Assembly: GCF_001194135.2 (NCBI RefSeq)
Contig: NC_069002.1
Span: 37,052,886 to 37,116,885, forward strand
Direction: 5' to 3'
DNA length: 64,000 nt
Source of the DNA: Octopus bimaculoides
Taxonomy: Eukaryota
Positions 1-14,500 of the stretch are shown here, piece by piece; position 1 is the first letter of the stretch, and each line of letters begins with the position of its first letter. Position numbers and translations under genes: made by a program. A model generated the notes under the pieces. The model was given only the letters and a program-made list of their open reading frames with translations, did no database searches and had not been told where the DNA came from.

Positions 1-569
1 TTTTATTTAGTCATCAGCTCACTCAAAAAAAAAAAAAAGATAGCAAATGTATTTACAGATACAAATGAAATGTGTATTAAATATAAAATATATAATTCAT
101 AAATATCCATGGGATTAATTGCTTCATTCTAAATTCACTGGTTTTATTTATCTTTGTGATTATATTATTGCACATATTTGGCCCTTAAAACATCTACAAG
201 AAAGTTCAGTTGCTGTGGGGAGGGAAGAAACTGATGTTTTGGGTCCTTTCTATATTTGAGAATGAGGAAGGGAAGAAGTGTCGTTGTCATTCTGACAAAG
301 GCAAAGGAAATCCTCTTCTCACATCGTTTGCTGAAATCTTCTCCTTCATCTGAGAAAGAAAGGGAAAGAGAGAGAGAGAGAGAGAGAAAATAGTGTTGAT
401 ACTTTGATTGTAAGCAACCAAAATGACATTACCTCCTCCTTTTCTTCCTCACTCTGAGAGGAAAGATGAGGGTCCGAAATGTTAGGCTCTTCCCTTCCTG
501 TGTTAATCTAACAGCAAACATAATTGTAATTTAGTGATTTCCATAATTGAATTCTTGTTCTTGTTTCAG

Positions 570-1118
570 AGACCGACGAAATAAGTAAGTACAAACTTTT
601 GTTTTTGTTTCATTTTCCAAATAATTGCTTCTTATACTACTAGCATGTACAGTACACTGGGAAGATTTTGGTTGCAGAAGATGGATGGATGGATTCCCTT
701 TCATACTTCTGTAATTCTAAAAGTATCTATTAAAAAAATGACCTTCTGGCACTCAAACCAAAGTATGGCTTGTCTTGGCCTCTTGGCTTCATGGTTTTGC
801 TTCGTGGGGCTTGAGTCATTCCAAGTTAATGGTCCCAGAGGCATCATCATGCATAGAGCTGACCAGGTCCACCAATGCTCTCCATCACTGGTGGTCCTGT
901 GGCAGCCCCTCTGGAGATCCTCCCCAATCAAGTTCAGCCATCCGGTACAGGGCCTGCCATGAGGCCTCTTCCACCCTGTGGTTGCTGTGTCGGATGATCT
1001 AGAAGGAGATGGAGAACATGTCCATAACAGCCCCACCCATCCTACCAGAAAGCACTGGAATTGGTTAAGGGTGCATTCTATATAAAGGCATTTGTTTGAA
1101 AGTATTGGGTTAGTATTA

Positions 1119-1161
<43 letters not shown>

Positions 1162-1688
1162 TCCCTCAACCATCACTTGACAACCGGTGTTGCTGTGTTT
1201 ACATCCCCATAACTTAGCAGTTCGGCAAAAGAGAGTGATAGGATAAGTACTAGGCTTACAAAGTACAAGTCCTGGAGTCGATTTGCTTGACTAAATGTGG
1301 TAGGTGCTCCAGCATGGCCACAGTCAAGTGACTTAAACAAGTAAAAGAATATTATATATATATATATATTCCTTTACTTTCCTTTCCTTGTTTCAGTCAC
1401 TTGACTGTGGCCATGCTGGAGCATCACNNNNNNNNNNNNNNNNNNNNNNNNNNNNNNNNNNNNNNNNNNNNNNNNNNNNNNNNNNNNNNNNNNNNNNNNN
1501 NNNNNNNNNNNNNNNNNNNNNNNNNNNNNNNNNNNNNNNNNNNNNNNNNNNNNNNNNNNNNNNNNNNNNNNNNNNNNNNNNNNNNNNNNNNNNNNNNNNN
1601 AGGCGGTACTGGCAACGGCCACGCTCAAAATGGTGCATCTCATGTGCCACCCGCACAAGAACCAGTCCAGGGGCACTGGCAACGATCT

Positions 1689-1720
<32 letters not shown>

Positions 1721-4700
1721 GGGTGCGATGGGTAAATCTTTGCCATTTTATATTTTTAATTTCATGCATGTGCATTGTTCTTGATTTTGTCAACTACACA
1801 GTATAGTAGGGTCAGCTGGGCACCATCTGTGAGAAAAACAGCACCATGACACAGTCAGTTTATTTACTGCACCCTGTATATATACGAGAGAGAGAGAGGT
1901 GTGCTAATGGTATAAAATGGCATTGCATAATAGGCCAGTTCCCCAACCTATAAACAATTACAACATCTAACAAATATGAAAATCTTCTCTGTTTGTAGCA
2001 TGGTGCGTAGTGACGACAGTGATGAAGAAGTACAGTTTATTATGGAAGAGAAACCACATGACAGTAAGTTCAATTTCTACTGGTTGTTGTTTTTTTTTAT
2101 ATCTCGTTTTATTTTGCTTCCATTTTAATCCTTTCTTGACATTAAGTATCATCAGCAGTAGTGGCATTCAACATCCGTGTCCATGGAACATGCGTGTTGA
2201 ATGTGCTGAATGTGTTTTGGCAAGGATCCAATGGGTCTAAGGACTGCATCATGCTTTAGTGTCTGCTTTGGTTTCAATAGCTGGATGGGCCTCCTTCATG
2301 TCAATATCTTTATAGTGTGTCCTGTGTGCTTTTTTCATACAACTTTGCTTGCTCATAACACTGTGTAATACGATTTTTGTCCTTGGGTAGCAACTATTAT
2401 TTCCTATTTGCTGACCCCTAGAAAGTATGAAAAATTACTAATATCTCCTTCGAATTTTTACTTTTGTTACATTTATTCAAACCCCAAAGAATCCTTCTCA
2501 GCACATGGCTATCATGCTCCCCCACTTCTCCTGCTAATGTTCAGAGATGCACATATTGTCAGCCACTGAGGGACATGCTCAAGCAAATCTGTGATATTGA
2601 GCAGAATATTTGCTATAACGATATTTCTGCTTCAGCAACTCAGTACTGAATGTGTCTGAAATGTAATGGAAAATAGGTCAATTTCAAAACATTGATGCCC
2701 AGGTGACAAAAGCAAAGTTTGAAGGGAATAGTAGGGATTTCCATTGATTTCTAGAAGCAAATAGGAAATAATACTTACTAACCAAAAATAAAAATTTTGT
2801 TACATAATGTAATGGCTCTAGAATTGCCAGTTATTCACTTTCCTCACAGTGAAGAATATGGTTCCAAGATTGGACTCATTCACTATTTGCCACTGCCCTC
2901 TGCTTCATTCTCCTGTAGCTGTATCAACTCACTCACTCATCATCGTATAACTTAACTAGGAATCTATAATTCAATTAGTGCTAAATTTTCTGATATTCTC
3001 TTCAAAAAATTCTGCTATTTCTATTTTCAGCTTCACAGTTGACGGACAAGACTGACGAAGAGAAAGAAATGTTTCGAGTGATGGGATTTTTACAGTTTGA
3101 TACAACCAAAGTAAGTTTAACTTGCTATTGTTGAAGAATTTGAATATCCATAGTCTAAAAATCTAACAATATAACACCATGTAAAAAGCACAATGCTGGC
3201 GCCACACACACAAGATGGCTGTTTAGCCTTTTTATATTTATTATAAAATAAAACTCGTAAATTCAGGGTCTGGGTCTACTATATATTATGTGTGTGATGG
3301 GGCTATCTATGTATGGTAATGAATGTAATGTCACATTGATAAGGAAACGGTGTACTCAATTTTAGAGATATTGTGTCTTCATAGCAGCAAGTAACATGTG
3401 TTAATGAATGAAATGAGATAATTAAGATATGCTGCTTTCTTGTGTATCATGTATTATCTCCAAGATAATGTATTCACATCAGATTTTCTCAAATTAATTG
3501 ATTTTTAGTTTTATTATTATCTCTTAAAAATTTATCACTTATTAATTTATTCATTTTCTCTAGGAAAAACCAGTAAATAAGAAACCAATATATGTAGCAA
3601 ATATTGTCCACAAAAGAAAATACAGGTGCGTAAATTTTTATTCTTTTGCTCTTGAGGTTTTAGATGTAGGAGTGGGGGCGGGGACATCTGAAATTTAATT
3701 GATTTTTAATGAAGCTGAGTATCTTCTATAAGTTTTTCAAGGTATGACAATGTGGTAAGAAGTTTTCTTCCAAACCATATGGTTCCAGGTTCAGTCCCTC
3801 TGCATGGCACCTTGGGCAAGTGTTTTCTACTATATCGCCTCAGGCCAACCAAAGCCTTGTGAGTAGATTTGATAGATGGAAAATGAAAGAAGCTTGTTGC
3901 ATGTATGTATATACATATGTGTGTGGTGTGTTTGTATTTGTGTTAGTCCTTCACCACTGCTGGACAACTGGTATTGATGTGTTTACACCCTTGTAACTTA
4001 GTAGTTCAGCAAAAGATATTGATAGAACAAGTACCAGGCTTAAAAAATAAAATATACTGGGGTTGGTTCATTCAACTGAAATTCTTCAAGGCGGGACCCC
4101 AGCATGGCCACCATCTAGAAACTGAATCAAGTAAAAAATGAAAGATAAAAAAAAATAAAAGGCGTGAAAGAGATATAGGAGATGGTCAAATAGGTGCAGC
4201 ATGGCTAAGGTGTTGAAAAGTTCGCTTCACAATCACGAAATCCCAGGTTCAATCCCACTTCATAACATCTTGAGCAAATATCATTTTCTATAGCCTTAGG
4301 TCAACCAATACCTTGTAATGAAATTAGGTAGGCGGAAATTTTGTAAAAGCCCATACAGCTTTTATAAAAATTGTACCTATAATTCAAAAGGTTCGGCCGT
4401 TTCACACGCTTAATGTCACGTTGATTTCTGCCTGAAAATTACATATAAAATATACGTCTGTGAAATGCTTGGCCACTTACAATGCTAATTGAGGAGCAGA
4501 CAATCGAGTTGAACAACTGAATCTTCATTGTTGAATAATGCAAATATAAGAGATGTGAAGGAGGCCAGAGGGTAGAAGAGGGCCGTAAAGCTGTATCTGT
4601 AATGACAGATATGAGGACACTTGTCTGAACATATATCATAATAATAATGATGCTTCTTCATCCTAGAAATTCAGATGCTATTTAAATTGCTATTGGTGAT

Positions 4701-5031
4701 CATCCTTGGAACAATGAAAGGTAAAGTCTATTACTTTGATGTTTAACATGTCCAGGTGAATTCTGATCAAATAAAACTATGTTGACAGGCATTCCATCCA
4801 TGATGTTCTCATCCTTTGTAGGTGGGAGCACATGGAATTATATTATCTCATGTATTCATTCTTGTCCCAAGACAAGTAATAATCTTCTCTTCTATCTAGC
4901 AATGATGTGTATATACATATTTCATTTTCATATAGGCAATGATGTATATAACAATTTCTTCTTCTCTTCTGTCCAGGCAATACATGAACAGACGAGGCGG
5001 ATTTAACAGACCTTTAGACTTTATTGCTTAA
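570..5031 (+). CDS. SNRNP27: U4/U6.U5 snRNP 27 kDa protein, 3' part (5' exons lie outside the window)
   Basis: GT-AG exons 570-584, 1999-2063, 3031-3110, 3564-3625 and 4977-5031 join in phase to give [18 protein letters not shown]...[61 protein letters not shown]. The C-terminal [22 protein letters not shown] is the SNRNP27 signature. Confidence 0.92.
800..1050 (-). mobile_element. RTE-like LINE 3' fragment
   Basis: Translation [22 protein letters not shown] resembles the RTE RT C-terminal GRPRxxW motif. Confidence 0.55.
2360..2808. mobile_element. Composite MITE copy 1
   Basis: Terminal inverted repeats include TTATTTCCTATTTGCT / AGCAAATAGGAAATAA. It is highly similar to 42688-43175. Confidence 0.75.
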
Positions 5032-7007
5032 TTGTGTGTTTGCTTCACTGTGGAATCCTGTTCTATCAAATCATAGAACATCAGTGACCTACCAGAATAC
5101 CAGTGAGCTACATCAAAAAAATACCATCTCCATGAGTCTAACTTAATTGACACCTCATCTCCATAATGTGCATATGTATTTTTGTTCATAAAATTACCTT
5201 TTCTACACTTCTTTTTCTCTTCTTAAATCCACTCCTTCAATGTTTCATTTTTTAAAGTTTAATATTATATCTTAAATAAAATTACTTAGGAGTTTAATGA
5301 TATGCTTCTTTCTGGAGTATTTATTTAATTATCTTCAAGATGAGTTTTCAAATTAAATCTGCCAATCTGCGTATCTCACTGTGTTTGTAAAATTAATAAA
5401 AGTTTCATCGAAAGGAAATCTAATCCCACACAGAAGCATTTGCCAGAAAACAGTTAAGAGGTTCACTTTCAAGCTGTAAAAACCATACCAAAACAAACCT
5501 CAGTGGTGCTAGGAGCCAGTTCCTGTCAAACCATCTAACCCATGCCAGCATGAAAAACAGACGTTAACAATGTGTCTATGTATCTAGATATCAACTTTTC
5601 TTTCGATGTGATAAACAAACCCCATCACCACTCACTCTCTCTTCCTCTTTGAAACATCTAAAAACACAAAACCAATGCTGTCACTACTCACTGTCTCTTT
5701 CACTCTCTCTCTCTCTCTCTCTTCTCTTTTGCTTTGTCACTCACTTCTTCATCCGTTGAAGTAAGTGTGACACATGACAGGGACATACAAAAAGAAGTTG
5801 GCATATTTAATATTATTGATCACTTATCTACATTGAAGAAAGGTCACAGCTCTGGTGATATGGACATACAATTAGAATGGCAGAGGAAGAATTGCAAGAC
5901 AGGTCCCTTCCAGCCAAACTGACACACACCTAAGGGTTGACCAAGAACAAGATGGCTGGACAGTCTTATGACAGTTGCTTCTGACAGGAGGCGCCTGTGG
6001 AGTCAACTCCCATGACCCTTCAAGGAATCAGGGATAGAGTAAAATGGATGGATTGTCTTATATTTTTACGTATGGACCCCTTTGATTGCTGACTTATTCT
6101 GGTGGACCCCTCCCATAGCTATTTAATGTTTAAATAACTAGTTTTAAAGAAACTTTCAAAATATCCTTTTTCACATTAACTTGTGTGGGTTAAACCATGA
6201 AAAATGTTAGAGAAAGAAACCTAGTTGTTTCTTGCAAAACCTACAACATACATCTAAAGCAAAATCTTATCCTTAATTTACTATTTTGTTGCATGGGACC
6301 CCCCACCCCACCCCACAAAGAAAAAAATTTGTGGACCCTGCTTGGGAACTGCTGATCTATATTCTCAAAGAAACCAAAAGAATAATAAGCAAACATAATT
6401 GAGGAAATAATTTAATTCAATTTAGCATATTTAAAATACAAAACCTCCACCACAACTTGAGGTCTCTCCTGTGAGTATTAATATGGGAATTAGCTGAGAA
6501 AGCTCAACTTTCCCATTATTTCAAGTAAAAGGGAAGAAATGTCTCTTAAAAAGTTGTCACTTATGTGAATCAAAGTTTATTTAAATGAGAGGGGGGGGGT
6601 ATAAAAAGAAATGGCGAAAGTTTATGATTGGCAGTGATGGAGTGAAGTGGAGTGGATCACAATCATGATTAAAAGGCAAGAATTTCATTTCAAATGAAAA
6701 CGTATCAAATCTAAGTAAATATTAGACAAATGTTTATATATACAAATTTATTTTAAATATTCTTGTATTTAAAACCCGTTTCTAATATTCAAATTATGAT
6801 TTAAACATAAAATAACAATACAATGCAGTATTCCTGCTGATGGAATTCACTAAAAAAATGATATTCTGGAATCAAATTGAGTGTAAATGTTATGGTTTGT
6901 ACATGCAAGTTTTATTTGATCCCCCATCCCGCTCAGATTATTAGCATTTTTCAATTTGTTCTAAAGACCATTGATGACGAAAGAAGAAAAAAAACTTATT
7001 GCAGTGT

Positions 7008-10000
7008 TCACAGAAATAAATGTATAAGTTGCTTTGGTTTTACTGGTTTACGGCACACAGGACATTTATAGTTTAAAGTGGGACATTTTGCCAGACACAT
7101 TTCACAAAATATATGACCACATAATGTGGCTCTAAATTTTATATTTTTACTCCGGATCTGCAACATCAACAAAAACAAAACATTCATTAAATAAAAAGGA
7201 AGAGACATTAAAAAAACAACAAAAAAACTATGTAGATAAAACAATCTCTGCTGTTATTAATAAAGTGTAGAAAGAAGATAAGTTTCTTATGAAGTTTGAA
7301 ATCTAGCTTTAAATCCCTAACATTCTTAATCTTTAAAGTTAACATGGGAACAGGAAAAAAAAAAAAAATATTAAAAGATCAACACTTACTAAGAATGCCA
7401 AACCACAGCAATCTGTCGAAATTTCAGGGAGACAACACAGACTTGTCCTACCATACACCTAACTTACTTTTTAGGGCCAGGAAATACTTCAGTTACTAAC
7501 CTTTATGTGAAATACTAACGTTTCCTCCAGCAAGCTGGACTGGCACAGTCACAAGACAGCTGTTCCAACTTAGTAAACACATAACAGCCACCTCCCTCTC
7601 CGTGATTCATCTCTTGGCCCCACAGACACTAACTCCATCAATCTCTCAAGACTGGGACAACATAGACAATACCCTTCATCTTAGTTAATATTTCCTTAAT
7701 TACTATGGCTTCTGTCATGCATCATAAGGTCTAGAAATGGAAAGTGGCAGGGTTAGTCACTTAAATTGACCTTAGTACTTGTACCTGGTACTTTGATTTA
7801 TTGAACCCACCAGGTGGATGAAAGGCAGTTATCACAGTGGGTGTTTAAACTTAGAACAGGGTCTATAGCTCAGAGAATCTCTCCAGATCAAGCAGAGAGG
7901 TCACAGATCTGGTCCTATGGACATGTGATTAGAATGTTGCAGGAAAGAATTAAAAGACAGATTCTTCAAGCTGAGCCAAATGGCAGGAAGACCTAAAAGG
8001 TAGACCAAGATTGAGATGGTTGGATAATATCCATAGCCTCGGTTGGTCACCCTTGAGAATCCAGCCAGAAAGTCTAATGATGGTTGTGTCTGAGAGGACC
8101 CTGTGAGGGCTCTACCTCCATGATCCTCCTAGGAATAGTAGGCAGAGGAGATGGCTGGAGGACAGAGTGCTCAAGGCTAACAATTCAACTAATTTACTGT
8201 CCTAAAAGTATAATGAAAATAATAATTACATTTTCAAATGTCTCCAAACACAATGGACAGATCTGAGATGCTGGGGATGTTCTGTGTGATCTACAAATAA
8301 AGACAAAATGGAAAATTCTGGAATCATTTATGATTTGAAAACTACAAAGGCAAAATTTGCACCTGAAACTAATATGATATAAAATTATTTATTTGAAAGA
8401 TTTCTGGTTTGTAAGCTCTATTCATAGCTATGTCTTTTTCAGCAGGCTCAATCTAACTACCAGATATAATTAGCAGGATTAGATAAAACTCAAAAGGAAG
8501 GGCTATTGTAGACTTGGAGCAAGAAGCCTCACACTCCAGTTTTGGCCCTGGTTTTCGTTTACAGGGAACATTTAATAGCAGATGTGCAACATTCTTTACT
8601 GCACACTCAACCACATGCTACATGGGGAAATGAGCAAGACATACAAATGGGTATCTTCTTCACCATGAATAACCACGTATCTTTGTTGTTTGTCAATAAG
8701 GATTCAGCTGTTCAACTGAATTACTTTCTGAATTAATATGTACATAGCCGAGCATTCTACAGACATGAGTACCCTTAAAGTAATTCACAGATAAAATCAG
8801 TTGGACATATTTTGTATTACAAGTACAATCTTACATATTACAAGTTCAGGCTTACACACAGTTTCCATCTACCCGATCTTACTTCCAAGATATGGGCCAA
8901 CAAGAGGCTTTAGGAAATGACATCTGCCCAAAATGCCACACAGTAATATCCAACCTGAGACTTTGTGGTCACGAAACTTAACCATTTGCCCATTCTGTAC
9001 CTTCTTCATTAAAATAGATTAGAAAAAAACAAAAGGCAGATATTTTTGAAAACCTACTCTGATTCAGTTTCTGATGTAGACGGCACATTTTTTCTAAATG
9101 AACGGCTCTGTAAAAATAGAATTTAGAAAAGAAAAATTAGAATTCAATAAAAATATTGAAGTATTTGTTTTCTATTATAGTGAATTGTGTGAAAAAATAA
9201 TTGAGAAAAATTTGTTAATTTACACCAATGATTCTCATTTTTCTAAATTAAACACAGATCTATGTTCCATCATCATTTAATGTCCACTTTTCCATGCTAG
9301 TATGGGTCTGATGGAATTTGTTGAGGCAGATTTTCTACAGCCAGATGCTGTAAGTAAGGTAATATCTCCCATGATCAAACATGTTATAACAGAAGACTGA
9401 AAACAAAGGACACCAGTTGCAGGATGATGACTTTCATTTACAATGAAGTCAAGGCAAGGAGACGGTAACACACGCACATCATATGATGGGCTTCTTTCAG
9501 TTTCCATCTACCAAATCCACTCACAAGGCTTCCAAGGTTATAGAAAAAAACATTTGCCCAAGGTGCTAATGTTGGGACTGGGAAGCAAACATCTTACACA
9601 CAGCAACACCTACTCCAAAGATTGAAAATTTTTCCTAAGCAAATATTTCTACATATGAGGGTCAGCTGAAAAGTTTATAGGCTGACCAAGATCCCTTCAT
9701 GAAATGTGACCAAATGATGTTCATTTTTCAACATAGTTCCCTTTGTGATCCACACACTTCTTTCATCCATGTTGCAGTGCTTAGATCCCATTGGTGAACA
9801 AGTTTTCATCCTGCTGGTCCAAAATGCCATCGACAGCAGATCTGACATCATCATCATCACTGTGATACTGGTTCCCAGCCAAATGGTTTTTCACGTTGGG
9901 GAAACAGATGATAGCCAGACAGAGCCAAATCCCTAAAATAAGGAGGATGATCAACCAGTTCAAAGACACAGCAGCCATTGAAAGCAAGAACTTGTATGCT

Positions 10001-11511
10001 GGAGCGTTATCCTGATGAAACAAGATCCCTCTCATCAGTTTACCTGAGTGATTGTTGCTCTTGACAACCTCCTGTAACTGCCTCATCCTGTTGGCATAGT
10101 AACCTCCATTGATGGTGTAACCCTTTTGAAGGTAGTCAATAGACACAAAGCCTTTTGCATCCCAAAAAACTGAGGCCATCACCTTCCTTGCAGATGAAAT
10201 AACCTTGGTTGTTTCCACTGCTTCAATTGTCTCAGTCTATGGCTCGAAGTGATGACGCCAACACTCATCGTGACTTATGAAATGTTCAAGGAAACCAGCT
10301 GGAAACTTTGCCTTAATGTCAGATCTTCCCATGATCACATCACAAGAAAATTAATAACTAATTTATACTTCTACAATACACAAAATATTGTAACAATTTG
10401 TTTTACACAATTCTTAATATTTAATAATAAAAAATAAGATTTTTAAAACATCAAAAGGATAGGGGGGGGGGGTATCCAAGAAAAATAGGAATGAAAGGGG
10501 CTCAAAGGTAAAAAGTGGACGAGATTCACTGAATTGATTAATAAAAATTCATTTACCAACACATTACAGATGTGAGTAATGTTTTAGCTTTTGGTATTTG
10601 CAACACACACAGACACACACACTACTTTCAACTTGACTCCCAGAATATTCACACAGAAATTACATGTTAGTACCATGGCAGAGTAACAGACAAAACTAAT
10701 ATGGAAAACATTTTATGGTAATATGCCATTTTTGTGTTGTTTTTTTATAATTGTCAATAATGTTTGGTGGAAACACAGTAGATAAAAAATAAAATAATTG
10801 ATTAACCTCGATTATGGGTTCATCAGGAATCAATATAGGATCTGGAAAAGAGGAAAAAAAAAAGAAAATTTTAAAACAATATATATTTCACATCCCTCTC
10901 CCTCTCCCCCTCCCCCTCTCTCTCATTCTTTTACTGGTTTCATAATTTGACTGCAGTCGTGCTGGAGCGCTGCCTGAGTTAATTGACCCCAGGACTTTTT
11001 CTTTGTAAGCCTAGAACTTATTCTAACGGTCTTTTTTGCCGAGCTGCTAAGTTACGGGAACATAAACACACCGGCATTGGTTGTCAAGAGATGTTGGGGG
11101 GGACAAACACACACATATATATATGATGGGCTTCTTTCAGTTACCATCTACCAAATCCACTGAGAAGGCTTTGGTTGGCCCGAGGCTATAGTAGAAGACA
11201 GTTGCCCAAAGTGCCGTGCAGTGAGACAGAACCCGGAACCATGTGGTTTGGTAAGCAAGCTACTTACCACACAGCCACTCCTGCACCTATATATATATAT
11301 ATATATATATTTGAGACTAATATATATATTTTATGATTATATATACATACACAAGATACATATGTTTTGAGAATGATGTGTATCTGCATGAAACTTATGT
11401 CTGTTGAAGCATAGAATGGTGCAAACCATAATTTTGTTTCAGAGAATTTGTAGGTACATTACAAATGTTATACACATTTTCATTTTAAACCAATGCTGTT
11501 TCTAGTGTGTG

Positions 11512-11543
<32 letters not shown>

Positions 11544-14500
11544 TATGTTAAATAATGATAACCAAAGTTGCTCCAAAAGAGCAAAAGGAAAAAGAAAAAA
11601 AAAGATATGCAAAAGTCAGAAATGGCAAAAACTGGAAAATATTTGATGTTGAATGAAAACATTAAAATGTCATTAAAATATAAACAATCCAATTTGATAG
11701 TTAAAGAAGTTTTCTTACCACTTGCTGAATTGCCAATATTCTGAAAGGAAATAAATAAATAAATACAAATAAGCACAAAAGAAATTAGCCAAAGTTAATT
11801 TAGAACTTTATTACCACATAAACACTTCAAATAGTTGTTGGTTTTCTTTCTAGTTTAATCCTTTTGATATCAACCAGACTGAGATCAGTCCTGGCTCTAT
11901 GATATATGCTTTGTGTTTTAAAGTTATCTAATTCAAAACCTTCCCCTAAAATTTGATGGATTGTAAATTGAAAGCCAAATGTCTTGTTACAAGGACAGAC
12001 CAATGACAGCAGATAATTCCCCAATACCCTCCCAGTTGGTTGTTCACTGCCCTTTCGAATCAACTGTTTATGGCCATCAGTAGAAAAATAGATACCAAGA
12101 ACTCTTTAGTCTTGTGAGTTAGATGATTTCCTCAGTGATGCTGGTGCCATGAAAATAACCAAAAAATGTACCCAATCCACTCAGTCATAGAAAGCTGATT
12201 GATAACAATATGACAGAAATCAAAGCTAGATCTGCCATGAAGTCTAGTCTGTTGCACATCATGGCTGCAATGCTAACTTCCAAACAAACCATTGCAAGAG
12301 CCTCTATATTATCATTTGATTAGTTAGAAATAGCTAGATATATCAATGACAACCTACTATCTTTTAAATAAGACAACGGTGAACATACTGGATAATGCAG
12401 TCTGAGAAAAGCTATGACAGAAAAGACTAGATGGCCACATGTAGAATGCCTCTGATCATAGGAGTCTGATCAATCAAGGCTGACCTGCTTTTCTCTGCCC
12501 TATAAAACAGTAGGAGTGAGTTAATGTTTTTATTCTTAAATATGTGCTTATATAACTTCCATAAGTGAGTGTCTCCATCTGCTAGTGATTATACAGGCAC
12601 CTGAAACAATTAGCAAAAGTGTGGTACAAGCTACCAGGAGAGAAAAGCTTGACAAAAATCAACCTCGTCCTCCACCAACATTGTCATGCAGCAAATGCCA
12701 TTGACTTTTCTATGCAAGAATTGGTCTACAGAGTCATCAACGTTATCATCTTAAAGGAAGCGTTCAACAAAGAAACTAAATTCTCAGATACAAGATAAAG
12801 CCGATGATATATATACGTATATTTTAATTTTCATTGAGTGTAAGGAATAGTGAAATATAAAATGCTTCATTCAAAAAACAAGAATCAGGATTAAAATTTC
12901 AACCGCAACTATCCACTCCATCCAAGATATTTCCGAAGATGGACAAAGTATCTTATGGACATTTCAGATTATATGGGTGAATTAAACAAACTTTGTTTAC
13001 TTACATTACTTTTCAAACGATTTTGTTTCCGTAATCTTTTCGTTCCAGCTGTTCTGTGTGTATATACAGCATCTGAAACAGTATAAACAAGGAAAATTAC
13101 GAACAAATATTGGTTTCAAATTCTGACACAAGGCCAGCAATTTAGGGGGAGGGGACAAGTCAATTACATAATGAAACAAATAATGAAAGAAAATACACTG
13201 AGATGACTTTCTGAAAAAATATAGAAGTGAAGACTTGCAATCGTCTTTTTTAAAAGTGAGGCCCCTTGTCTTTTATTTGTTTCAGTCACTAGATTGCGGC
13301 CATGCAATCACAAGGCTTTGGCCAGCCCAAGGTGTCATGCAGTGGGACTGAACCCAGAACCATGTAGTTGGGAAGCAAACTTCTTATTTCTTTATTGACC
13401 ACAAGGAGCTAAACATAGAGGGGACAAACAAGGACAGACAAAGGGATTAAGTCAATTACATCGATCCCCAATGCGTAACTGGTACTTAATTTATCGACCC
13501 CAAAAGGATGAAAGTTCAAATTCTGCCTCGGCGGAATTTGAACTCAGAACGTAACGGCAGACGAAATACCGCTGAGCATTTCGCCCGGCGTGCTAACGAT
13601 TCTGCCAGCTCTCCGCCTTCTTACCGTGTGGTAAGAAGCAAACTTCTTACCACACGGTCACACCTGCACCTATGTATATAAGTTGTTGTTTTTTTTTAAT
13701 AAAATAAAATAAAAAGTGAGAATAAAAATGTTTAAAAATTATGAAAAAACAATTTACCTCTTGCAATTCTTCTTGGATTGTCCTGAAATGAGAAATTGTA
13801 GAGAAATAAATGTCACCAGCAACATATTGAGTTAAACGAAGATGAACATCACCTACATTAGACTGGAGCAGCTACAATTGATTTCAGTTCTCTCACCTAA
13901 ATGTAAATAGTCATCTAACCTTAACCCTATAACAAGAACCTGCTAGGCCCCACCCACTTCTTTCATATCTTAACCCTCTCATCTGCTAGCAAAAAGCCCC
14001 CAACCCTTGCTTTTCATAGACTCGCAAGCTCACTAGTGTCGGTGGCACAAAAAAAGCACTTAGTACACTTTGTACAAAAAGAACATCTGTATACTTACAC
14101 ATATTGTAATAGGTTCAGCACTGACTACATCAGAAATAAAGCAGCTCATGTCATGAATGTTACCTTCAATAGAAAAAAAAGAGAATATAAAAAAAAGCCT
14201 TAATAGATTTATGTGGAGAGGTGAGAGAGACAATGTCACAGTGATGACCTGCATCAACAATTGTCGATGCATGAGAGCGAACATTTGATGGAATTGGTAA
14301 GAAGCACTTAGGCCAATGAATTTGTAACTTTTTGCCAGTCTTTTTTCGCTGCTTTCATGGATTCCCATGACTCCATCCAATTTTCATTATTACGGACTTG
14401 AATTGGGAGCTTGGGGGTCACAGTGAATCTATCACGAGCTGATCACACAAATATGACCACCACTCCTACGGATGCATTACAGTTGCTCTCTTGACAGAGC

